NCBI GenBank assembly: GCA_024421095.1
Contig: JAHQYM010000001.1
Location: 14,089 to 78,088, forward strand
Length of the DNA stretch: 64,000 nt
From: Acidimicrobiia bacterium
GTDB lineage: Bacteria; Actinomycetota; Acidimicrobiia; Acidimicrobiales; Aldehydirespiratoraceae
Direction: 5' to 3'
Of the stretch, positions 55,343 through 64,000 are shown piece by piece; the stretch's first letter is position 1, and each line of letters opens with the position of its first letter. The notes under the pieces are model-generated. The model worked only from the letters and a program-made list of their open reading frames with translations. It did no database searches and was not told the origin of the DNA. A program made the translations under genes and the position numbers.

Positions 55343-57093
55343 ACGCGCATCTAGTGGCTTTGGCTGCGGCTTTGGGGGCTTGGTGGATGGTGGCGGTACC
55401 GCTGCCGGGTTTGGTTGCGTTGGCTTTGCTGGCTGCTTGGCGCAGACACATGGCTATTGTGCTGTTGTTGGTTTTCGTCGTTGTGGGTAGCCGCGGGGAT
55501 GCGTCATTGCGGGCGCTTGACCCACCGGTCGACGAAATGTTTTCTGGTTGGGTGACTTTGCTTGACGACCCTCGGCCAGTGGGTTTGGTGGGCGCGGTCG
55601 TCACCGTGCGTGATGGCTCGCGGCGGCTCACCGCGATAGCACACGGCGCCGTTGCGGCACGACTTGATGATGCGCTGGCCGGAGAACGGTTGTTTTTGCT
55701 CGGTCGATTGAAACCTCTTAGCGCTGACGACACCTATTCGCGTTGGCGTCATGTGGTCGGCAGGTTGACAGTCACGGCTGTTGATGGTCAACAAAGCGGG
55801 TCACCAGTCAACCGATTCGCAAACACGGTTCGCCGCACTTTAGTCAATGGCGCGGATTCGTTGAATCGTGCTGACAAAGCGATCTTTTTGGGCATGGTCA
55901 TCGGCGATGATCGAGGTCAAACTGCTGTTGTTGCCGATAATTTTCGTGCTGCTGGTTTGGGGCATTTGCTGGTGGTCTCGGGTCAAAACGTGGCCTTTGT
56001 GCTTGCGGTTGTGGCACCTCTCGCAGGTCGTTTCCGTCCGGCTTTTAGGGCCTTGTGGCTCTTTGCTACTTTGTTGATTTTTGCTGTCATAACTAGGTTT
56101 GAGCCTTCGGTGTTGCGTGCCGTAGCCATGGCTGGTGCTGGTGTTGGTAGCTCTGTTATGGGTTCCCCGATTGATGGCAAACGTGCCTTGTCTTGTGCTG
56201 TGGCGGCGTTACTGTTGATCGACCCGTTTCTGGTTCGGTTAGTGGCTTTTCAACTTTCGGTGGCCGCAACTGCGGGGATCGTCTGGTGGTCGGCACCTTT
56301 GGGAGAGCGTTTAGTGGGGCCCGCTTGGTTGCGGGTGCCGTTTGCGACTACGGCGGCTGCACAACTAGCGGTGTCGCCATTGTTGTTGGGTTTATTTGGG
56401 GCGTTGCCGTTGGCCTCGCTGCCAGCCAATTTGTTGGCCGGGCCGGTATCGGGGGCGGTGATGGTTTGGGGTTGCACGGGTGGTTTATTCGCTGGGGTGA
56501 TGGGTGGTGTTGTGGCTGAGATTGCACATTTCCCTTCCCGAGCGATGCTCTGGTGGATTGGTGGGGTGGCTTCACGGGCCGCTTTAGGCCCTCAAGCAAC
56601 GTTGGGTCTAGTTTCTTTGTTGTTGCTTGGTAGCGCGGCGTTGTTGGCGATGGTAAGGGTGCGTCCGCTGGCTATTCTGGCCGGGGCGGTTGCCTCACTC
56701 GTGGCAGTCGCGGCGCTGCTTGCGGCACCGACGCTGACTGTGGGGGAACACCGTTTAGTTGGTAAATCGCGGGCGATCGTTGCCCAAAACGGCGATCTTT
56801 TGCTGGTGCTTGACAACCCACCTAAACGGGCGCTGATCGAGTCTTTACGGGTGAGTGGTGCCAAAAAACCGAAGCTAGTTGTGGCACTTGACGGCGACCG
56901 GTTTGATGCTGAAGCTGTTCTGTCTCTCGTTGAGCGCTACGGGCCTCTGGCGATTGCGGCACCGCCGATGCATCGGGTGCCGGGCGCACGAACGGTGCGG
57001 GTTGGGCAGGTGGTTGAGGTGGACGACTTAGTGTTGCGTTTTGAGAAGGTGCAGCCCCGGTTGCGTTTGAGCGTGGAACGCGAACCGCCATGA
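55339..57093 (+). CDS. comEC: ComEC/Rec2 family DNA internalisation channel protein
   Basis: 584-aa polytopic ORF with AAGLGHLLVVSGQNV (competence-domain motif). Overlaps the comEA stop (GTGA). Confidence 0.85.
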   Translation: MNAHLVALAAALGAWWMVAVPLPGLVALALLAAWRRHMAIVLLLVFVVVGSRGDASLRALDPPVDEMFSGWVTLLDDPRPVGLVGAVVTVRDGSRRLTAIAHGAVAARLDDALAGERLFLLGRLKPLSADDTYSRWRHVVGRLTVTAVDGQQSGSPVNRFANTVRRTLVNGADSLNRADKAIFLGMVIGDDRGQTAVVADNFRAAGLGHLLVVSGQNVAFVLAVVAPLAGRFRPAFRALWLFATLLIFAVITRFEPSVLRAVAMAGAGVGSSVMGSPIDGKRALSCAVAALLLIDPFLVRLVAFQLSVAATAGIVWWSAPLGERLVGPAWLRVPFATTAAAQLAVSPLLLGLFGALPLASLPANLLAGPVSGAVMVWGCTGGLFAGVMGGVVAEIAHFPSRAMLWWIGGVASRAALGPQATLGLVSLLLLGSAALLAMVRVRPLAILAGAVASLVAVAALLAAPTLTVGEHRLVGKSRAIVAQNGDLLLVLDNPPKRALIESLRVSGAKKPKLVVALDGDRFDAEAVLSLVERYGPLAIAAPPMHRVPGARTVRVGQVVEVDDLVLRFEKVQPRLRLSVEREPP

Positions 57094-57140
57094 CCTGACG
57101 GTTCGGTATATAGTCGCGTCGGTGGGCTAGATGGTTAACG

Positions 57141-57692
57141 TTAGATTTCGGATGCGCGAGGGCGCGCTGTAGCGAGTGCCACGATTACGACTAAGCCGAG
57201 GAACGAGGCCGAGATCAACGACTCTGAGGCGGTAATCGTGTTGTTGGAATATTGTTCAACGGTGCCGTCTTGCCATTCGATCGGGTCACGGAAATATAAA
57301 AGAGCGACCATCGCCATGACGATCCCTGCCGTCACGACAGCACCAGCAAAAAAGTCGCGTATCAATACCCGCGTTGTTGAGAGTTGATACCAACCGAAGA
57401 ACAGCAAGGCAACTGCCGGAATCCACAACGGCCAAGCAACCACAGAAATCATGGCCGCGGGGATAATGCCCGCACCAGCGGCCATCACGAAATGTCCTCG
57501 GTTAGCCGATTGGGCTATCAGGGCAACCACCGCAGCAACCGCGAACGGCGCAGCCAGAGATAAAGAAATACGCAGACTCCCCGGCTCCCCCTCGGACGCG
57601 GTGTACCTGATAATCACGATCACCAGCGAATAAACAATCGTGACCCCGCAAGCCACCCGCACCCAACGCCTCAAAAACGCCTCGTCTCGCAT
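57141..57692 (-). CDS. Hypothetical integral membrane protein
   Basis: 183 aa with 5-6 hydrophobic segments and no recognisable motif. Confidence 0.5.
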   Translation of the reverse strand: MRDEAFLRRWVRVACGVTIVYSLVIVIIRYTASEGEPGSLRISLSLAAPFAVAAVVALIAQSANRGHFVMAAGAGIIPAAMISVVAWPLWIPAVALLFFGWYQLSTTRVLIRDFFAGAVVTAGIVMAMVALLYFRDPIEWQDGTVEQYSNNTITASESLISASFLGLVVIVALATARPRASEI

Positions 57693-57728
57693 CAGAACCT
57701 CCTATCGACGAAACAACATAACTCAATA

Positions 57729-58238
57729 TTAGTGGCGTTTAGTGCCACCATACTTCATGCGAGTATCGTCCATTGAGGCGGAGCGTTTGGTGTCATCCAC
57801 AATCGCCGCGTCCACCAACTCGCCGATAAACAAGGTGTGGGTACCTAAATCAAGCGCTTGGCGAACCTCGCAATCCATCCAAGCAATAGCCTCAGTGAAA
57901 ATGGGGGCGCCGCTAAGCCCAGCCCGCACTGGACGGCCGTTGAGCGTGTCGCCGTCATCACGAGCGGGCTTTGAAAACTTCACAAAAACTCGCGTGTCTT
58001 GACTGTCCCACAAGTTGACCGTGAACGAACCCCCATCACTAATCAAACGATGGGTAACCGCAGAATTGTCCACCCCGATGCCGATCAACACGGGCTCCAT
58101 CGACAACTGCGTGATCCAACTCGTGGTCATAGCATTGCGTTCATCGCCGGCGCGCGACCCCACCAAAGCCAAAGCATTAGGGATTTTCCAGGTGACGCGG
58201 TTGATGATTTCATTTTCAAGGGACTCATTGACAGGCAT
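57729..58238 (-). CDS. Flavin reductase-like FMN-binding domain protein
   Basis: 169 aa, ALALVGSRAGDERNAMTTSWITQLSMEPVLIGIGV...HTLFIGEV-like HTLFIGELV. Confidence 0.75.
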   Translation of the reverse strand: MPVNESLENEIINRVTWKIPNALALVGSRAGDERNAMTTSWITQLSMEPVLIGIGVDNSAVTHRLISDGGSFTVNLWDSQDTRVFVKFSKPARDDGDTLNGRPVRAGLSGAPIFTEAIAWMDCEVRQALDLGTHTLFIGELVDAAIVDDTKRSASMDDTRMKYGGTKRH

Positions 58239-58262
58239 TCCCTTAGTGTAGGCGCAACTCGC

Positions 58263-60401
58263 TCAATGCGCTTGCGGTGGCCCGATACCAGTGGCTTTGG
58301 CGATTCCCTCCACAAACAACTTGCGGTCGCCAATATCAACCGATTTCTCTTCCCAATGCGTTTCGAGTTCGTATTCGGGCGCGCCGGCAGCAACCATCGC
58401 CTCAGCAATTGCCGAACGAGCCGAAGCCATTGCGGCTTCTTTAGCAGTTTCCAGATCCACGAAAGGTTCAGGTTCGCGTCCCCCATGCACCCGAAAAAGC
58501 CCTCGCCTCGGCGACGAAACCGTCACCCGCCGACTTAACCGCACCCTGCCGACAGCGGCTCCGATCGCGTTTGCCACATCAGCGTGTTCGGGTATCACAA
58601 CCTCAGCGTCAAGCAAGCGGCCAATCGCTGGGTAATAGGTAGCGGCGGGCGCACCAAGGCCCACCAAAGGTACGCCCAAACCAGCCAGCAATCTAGTGGT
58701 GCGCGATTTGGCGGTGTGCGATTTGGCGGTGTGCGATTTGGCGGTGTGCGGATTGGCGGTGCGCATCTGGGCGGTTCGCGACTGGGCATCAAGCGCGGCG
58801 TTCACGATCTCGCTAGACGCAGCACGAGCGGGTAGTCCGTCACTTACCAAGGCCATTGCGAGCAGGTGCTCCGCCGATAACCGAACCAACTTGGCGACCA
58901 CCACCTCAGCAAATTCTTTCGGAGTGGCCGCAATCGGTTTGCCGCGATGGTCGCAACGCCGAGCCCAAACCTTCGCAGCAGCGTGAGCAACGGCGGGGTC
59001 ATGCGTGGTTTGAGTGCCGAGCACATGGGCAGCATCAGTGGGCGTGAATGCCGACAACCGAACCAGCCCACGAGCAGCTAAGCGTCGCATCGCCAACGCT
59101 TCTCGACTGCCGTTGACGACCGTGTCCGCGGCAACGAACCGACGTTCCCCGGCAGACATACTCGCGTCCCCGTGAGCAACATCGGTTGCGGGTTGCGAGT
59201 CGGTGATTTTCGCCAACAACCGCTCCTCGATGGGGTCGACCGGTGCAGGAGCGGCTCGCGTTGTTGGTTGCACGAACACTGCACTCCACTCTTGGGGCAA
59301 GGTGTAAGCATCAAGTTGGCGCTTCAACGCTGCCATCAACGGTTCTTGATGATGCTGCACTGCTACCACCAGCGGAACCACCCGCCTCGGACCGACCAGC
59401 AGATCAGCCCCACGAGCGCGATCCGCTAGCAACACTTCACTGTCGCCACCCAACCCATGAGTGGCCATCGCCACGGCTTCGACCATAGTTTGATGTCCAC
59501 CAACCGTTGCGCCCTTAGCATCGAAATCGAAACTCCCGTCGCGCAGCACGGCGATATCGGTGGTGGTGCCGCCAATATCCGCGATCAGCGCATTTTGGGT
59601 GCCCACGAGATGTGCCGCTCCGATAAGGCTTGCAGCCGGGCCAGACAAGATCGTCTCCACCGGGCGTTCGGTCACAAAGTCTGCCGATACCAGCGAGCCG
59701 TTACCACGCACCACCATTATCGGTGCGGTAATCCCTTGCTTTGCCAACACGTCAGCGGTGGTGGTCACTAACTCATTGATGAGAGCGATCATGCGGGCGT
59801 TCAGCAGGGCCGTGACCGACCGTTTCGGGCCGTTTAATGCGTCTGCGAGTTCGTGGCTGCAAGTGACCGGCAAACCGGTTAGCTCACGAATTATTTCTCG
59901 GGCGGCAAGTTCATGGTCGGCATTGCGCACACTGAACTGAGAGGTTACTGCGAACCCGTCAACGCCGGGAGCTACCTCGGCCACTGCTGCGGCAAGCGCC
60001 TCCCGATCAAGGGGCTCGGCTTCGCTGCCATGGGATGTGTGGCCACCGTTGACCATCACCAAAGAGTTGCCCAGTAAGGCTTCTTGCAAACCGCCTCGGT
60101 CAAGCACTGCCGTCTCGAAACCGATCATCACTAGAGCTGCGGGCCGGCCTTTACCTTCCACTAGGGCGTTGGTTGCCAGGGTCGTCGACAGCGACACGAA
60201 ACGGATCTCTTGCGGGTCGATTGAGGCAGCGGCGAGAACGCTCTTGATTGCCTCGGTGATGCCGACCGCTAGGTCATCGTGGGTTGTTGGTGCTTTGGCT
60301 TTGGTCAACAACATGTTTGGGTGTTCGCTATAGAGAACCGCGTCGGTGTAAGTTCCGCCAGTATCAACACCGAGAACCCACCGCCTATTTGAAGCAGACA
60401 T
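58263..60401 (-). CDS. Hydantoinase/oxoprolinase (HyuA-type, ASKHA) family protein
   Basis: VLGVDTGGTYTDAVLY N-terminus, ADIGGTTTDIAVL. 712 aa, with no adjacent HyuB-type partner. Contains an HTAKS repeat insert. Confidence 0.75.
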   Translation of the reverse strand: MSASNRRWVLGVDTGGTYTDAVLYSEHPNMLLTKAKAPTTHDDLAVGITEAIKSVLAAASIDPQEIRFVSLSTTLATNALVEGKGRPAALVMIGFETAVLDRGGLQEALLGNSLVMVNGGHTSHGSEAEPLDREALAAAVAEVAPGVDGFAVTSQFSVRNADHELAAREIIRELTGLPVTCSHELADALNGPKRSVTALLNARMIALINELVTTTADVLAKQGITAPIMVVRGNGSLVSADFVTERPVETILSGPAASLIGAAHLVGTQNALIADIGGTTTDIAVLRDGSFDFDAKGATVGGHQTMVEAVAMATHGLGGDSEVLLADRARGADLLVGPRRVVPLVVAVQHHQEPLMAALKRQLDAYTLPQEWSAVFVQPTTRAAPAPVDPIEERLLAKITDSQPATDVAHGDASMSAGERRFVAADTVVNGSREALAMRRLAARGLVRLSAFTPTDAAHVLGTQTTHDPAVAHAAAKVWARRCDHRGKPIAATPKEFAEVVVAKLVRLSAEHLLAMALVSDGLPARAASSEIVNAALDAQSRTAQMRTANPHTAKSHTAKSHTAKSRTTRLLAGLGVPLVGLGAPAATYYPAIGRLLDAEVVIPEHADVANAIGAAVGRVRLSRRVTVSSPRRGLFRVHGGREPEPFVDLETAKEAAMASARSAIAEAMVAAGAPEYELETHWEEKSVDIGDRKLFVEGIAKATGIGPPQAH
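58699..58775. repeat. In-frame 15-bp tandem repeat inside the hydantoinase-family gene
   Basis: GTGCGATTTGGCGGT at 58716-58730 and 58731-58745 with degenerate flanking units. Encodes (HTAKS)n on the minus strand. Confidence 0.9.
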
Positions 60402-60438
60402 CGACCGTTATTGTGCCTTATCGCGGCTGCCAACGCGC

Positions 60439-61473
<1,035 letters not shown>

Positions 61474-61528
61474 TTAGCCGTTTCAGGAGCGTCTAGGAAT
61501 TTGTGTTTGACATTTTTGTTTTAGTAAG

Positions 61529-61538
61529 GTAACGTTAC
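61529..61538. promoter_or_regulatory. Perfect 10-bp palindrome GTAACGTTAC, 8 nt upstream of the ROK regulator ATG (candidate operator)
   Basis: Lies in the 81-bp asd/ROK divergent intergenic region. TTGACA at 61507-61512 is a possible -35 element. Confidence 0.4.
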
Positions 61539-61545
61539 TAACAAT

Positions 61546-62739
61546 ATGAATGAAGCGTCTGGTTCTGGTGTTTTGAGGTTGCTTAGCGGCCAACGGATTG
61601 TAGACGCGCTATTCGCAGCCCATCCCCAACAAATGTCACGAGCGGGGATCGCTCGAACCACTGGTCTTTCCAAACCGACCGTGTCGGCACTGATGTCTGA
61701 CATGGAGAACGCAGGTTTGGTGCGGGTCGCTACCGAAAGCCCCAAGTTGGGGTCGCTTGGCCGCCCGGCGGCTCTCTACGAACTAGTCCCCACAGTACGC
61801 CACACCCTAGTTGCCGACGTTGGTGCCACCAAAATGCTGATTGGCATCTCCGACTTGTTCGGCAACCTCGTCACTGAACGCGAGATAGAAACCGGTGCCG
61901 ATGCCCGGTCTGCGTTTACCCGGCTCATTGACACATCTACCGAAATGTTGCGGAGCTTTGATAGTCCGCCTAGTTGCGCTTGCATCGGTGTACCTGGTAT
62001 CTACCGGCGAGCCCAAGACCGAGTTGAGCAAGCACTCAACCTTCCCGGATTTGACGAGCTAGCACCGCACGCCTTCCTCACTGACCGTATGGAGGGTCGT
62101 GTCCACATCGAAAATGACGTTAATCTTGCCGCTTTAGGCGAACTCACGCAAATCAGCGCCGACCAAACCGACCGAGACTTCGCTGCAATCTCGGTGGGTA
62201 CTGGTATCGGCCTCGGCATGGTGGTTGGCGGTGACCTCTATAGGGGCGGAACTGGATCAGCAGGTGAGGTCGGATCATTGTTGTTGTCGTTACCTGCCCC
62301 CAACGCGGTGCCGGTGACGCTTGAAGACGTAGCTTCTGCGCCGTCCATCCGCAAGTTGTTTGGGCAAGCGATAGAAGACGGACAGCGCTCAAACCTCGAC
62401 CCTAGTGCAGATGTACCGGCGATCTTTCAAGCCGCCAAAACAGGTGACCAGGCAGCACAAACGGTTCTCCACAAAACTGCTGGCGCAATGGCGTTAGCAG
62501 TATCGCATCTGTGTCTTATCGCAGACCCCGAGCGGGTGGTCTTCGGCGGTGGCGTGGGCAGCAATCCAGTCTTCGTGGACGCAGTCCGCCAACACCTCGA
62601 AGAACTAATCGACTCACCCCCCGAACTCACCCCTTCCACACTAGGCCGCCGCGCCGCTCTGGTGGGTGCGGTGTCGGTATCGCTGCGGTCCATGCATGAA
62701 ACGCTGGTGCCAGAAATACTCGGAGACCAGCGCAGATGA
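61546..62739 (+). CDS. ROK family transcriptional regulator
   Basis: N-terminal wHTH (MSRAGIARTTGLSKPTVSALMSDMENAGLV) plus ROK sugar-kinase-like fold (LVADVGATKMLIGI, GTGSAGEVG). Confidence 0.85.
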   Translation: MNEASGSGVLRLLSGQRIVDALFAAHPQQMSRAGIARTTGLSKPTVSALMSDMENAGLVRVATESPKLGSLGRPAALYELVPTVRHTLVADVGATKMLIGISDLFGNLVTEREIETGADARSAFTRLIDTSTEMLRSFDSPPSCACIGVPGIYRRAQDRVEQALNLPGFDELAPHAFLTDRMEGRVHIENDVNLAALGELTQISADQTDRDFAAISVGTGIGLGMVVGGDLYRGGTGSAGEVGSLLLSLPAPNAVPVTLEDVASAPSIRKLFGQAIEDGQRSNLDPSADVPAIFQAAKTGDQAAQTVLHKTAGAMALAVSHLCLIADPERVVFGGGVGSNPVFVDAVRQHLEELIDSPPELTPSTLGRRAALVGAVSVSLRSMHETLVPEILGDQRR

Positions 62740-64000
62740 ACGCTTCCGCGAAGGTCGCCAACGCCGTTGACAGCGATGCCCTCGTGGAACTGGTGCGTGA
62801 CGCGGTACGAATACCGAGCGTCACCCCAAACGAAGAAGCCTTCGCTCGCTGGGCGTTAAAGCAACTCAGTCAAACCGCCGTGATCGTGAAATCCGAACTC
62901 GTGGAATGTGCCCCGAAGCGGCCAAATGTGCATGGCGAAACGGCAAGCAGAAACGAAAGTTCCGATCCAAACGCCAACCCAAACGCCAACGAAAACGCCA
63001 ACCCAAACCGTAACCCAAGCGCTGCACCGGCGGGGCGGTCTCTGCTACTCGCCGGGCACCTCGACACCGTAGCTACCGAAGACTGGACCGAACACTGGCA
63101 AGGAACCAAGCGAGCCGACCCATTCGCCGCACCGATAATCGACGGAGCTATCTGGGGTCGCGGCGTGGCGGATCAAAAGGCTGGGATTTGTGCCATCATC
63201 GAAGCACTCCGAGCATTCGGGCGAGCCGGCTTGGCACCCGCTGGAACCGTGTCGACACTATTTGTGTGTGACGAAGAATCGGGGCAACCGGGAAGCGGAA
63301 TATCGGCCGGAATGCGTGCCGCTGTCAACCGCACCGACAATCCACCCAAAGCGGATTTCGCGATATATACCGAACCCACAACATCGGCGATTTACACCGC
63401 TCAAATGGGTTTCTTGATAGCGGACATTAGCTTGATTGGTGTCTCCGCGTACTTCGGGCGGCCCGAACTCGGTATAGACGCACTAAAAGCCGGTCACAAC
63501 CTGCTTGAGAATTTGTGGACATATTCTGAGCAGTTGAGGACCGAAATACCCGCACACGATCTGTTAGGGGAAGCATTTCTGTTAGTGACCTCGGTTGCTT
63601 CAGGGGGGAATATTGCAGTGCCGGGCCGTTTCGAACTGTCGCTAATCCGCAAGGTGCTCGCCACAGAAAACCTTGACATCGCAGCCGAACAGATCGCCGC
63701 TATCGCCCACGAAGTCGCTCAACAACACAGTGTTGAGTGCAACGTGGAGTTCAGCGCGCCGCGAGACCATCGTTTCGGTGGCACACCCGACGAGTTAGAC
63801 GTTGCCCACCCGGGAGTAGCAACGCTCGCCCGTTCCATCACGGAGGTTTCTGGTGCGCCGGCCCGCATTGAAGGTGCTCCTTACTGGTCGGAGAAACCGT
63901 TTCTGCGGGGGCTGGGGATTCCGAGCGTTTATTTCGCTCCCGGTGACATTTCTCATTGTCACACACCTTTCGAACGGCTCAACATTGATGAGCTGGTGAC
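62736..64000 (+). CDS. M20 family metallopeptidase (ArgE/DapE/ACY1-like), 3' end beyond the window
   Basis: Not in the ORF track because it runs off the right edge. ATG 62736 forms an ATGA overlap with the ROK stop. Hand translation shows LLLAGHLDTV, WGRGVADQKAG, CDEESG. Confidence 0.8.
   Translation, partial: MNASAKVANAVDSDALVELVRDAVRIPSVTPNEEAFARWALKQLSQTAVIVKSELVECAPKRPNVHGETASRNESSDPNANPNANENANPNRNPSAAPAGRSLLLAGHLDTVATEDWTEHWQGTKRADPFAAPIIDGAIWGRGVADQKAGICAIIEALRAFGRAGLAPAGTVSTLFVCDEESGQPGSGISAGMRAAVNRTDNPPKADFAIYTEPTTSAIYTAQMGFLIADISLIGVSAYFGRPELGIDALKAGHNLLENLWTYSEQLRTEIPAHDLLGEAFLLVTSVASGGNIAVPGRFELSLIRKVLATENLDIAAEQIAAIAHEVAQQHSVECNVEFSAPRDHRFGGTPDELDVAHPGVATLARSITEVSGAPARIEGAPYWSEKPFLRGLGIPSVYFAPGDISHCHTPFERLNIDELV
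62967..63014 (+). repeat. In-frame 12-bp tandem repeat (PNAN units) inside the M20 peptidase gene
   Basis: CCAAACGCCAAC x2, then GAAAACGCCAAC and CCAAACCGTAAC, encoding PNANPNANENANPNRN. Confidence 0.9.

Overview
The window looks like a moderately high-GC, actinobacterial-type chromosome segment. That judgement rests on gene order, not on any search. All calls come from reading the ORF-track translations and the DNA by eye; no homology search was run.

The core (21.5-51.6 kb) is housekeeping. It holds the ribosomal-protein supercluster rplC...rplO-secY-adk-infA-rpmJ-rpsM-rpsK-rpsD-rpoA-rplQ-truA, then rplM-rpsI-glmM. After that come a giant GlmS-like gene, acpS, nnr, tsaE-tsaB-rimI-tsaD, and CIRCE-groES-groEL. 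rpsJ, map and alr are missing from their usual positions.

The left arm (1-21.3 kb) contains:
- a six-gene, translationally coupled corrinoid methyl-transfer operon built on a non-pyrrolysine MttB homologue. That gene is cut by the window edge and is missing from the ORF track.
- an accessory patch with a YcaQ/AlkZ-like glycosylase, a Fic protein, an IS30-end remnant, VapBC, a dienelactone hydrolase and an ATPase preceded by an iteron-like repeat array.
- a GS-like ligase, a Cys-rich lipoprotein, an MFS transporter, a photolyase and an AI-2E transporter.

The right arm (51.6-64 kb) contains:
- a decayed IS30-family element whose two ends bracket an SLH/poly-proline surface-protein gene.
- comEA-comEC, a flavin reductase, a hydantoinase-family gene, asd, a ROK regulator and an M20 peptidase that runs off the right edge.

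No tRNA, rRNA or CRISPR array was recognised.

The most notable observations are:
- the MttB operon with two embedded uncharacterised ORFs
- the 1152-aa GlmS-like protein
- the SLH gene nested in the IS30 element, with a 38-codon perfect Pro repeat
- infA, which appears to start at CTG
- recurrent in-frame short tandem repeats inside conserved genes
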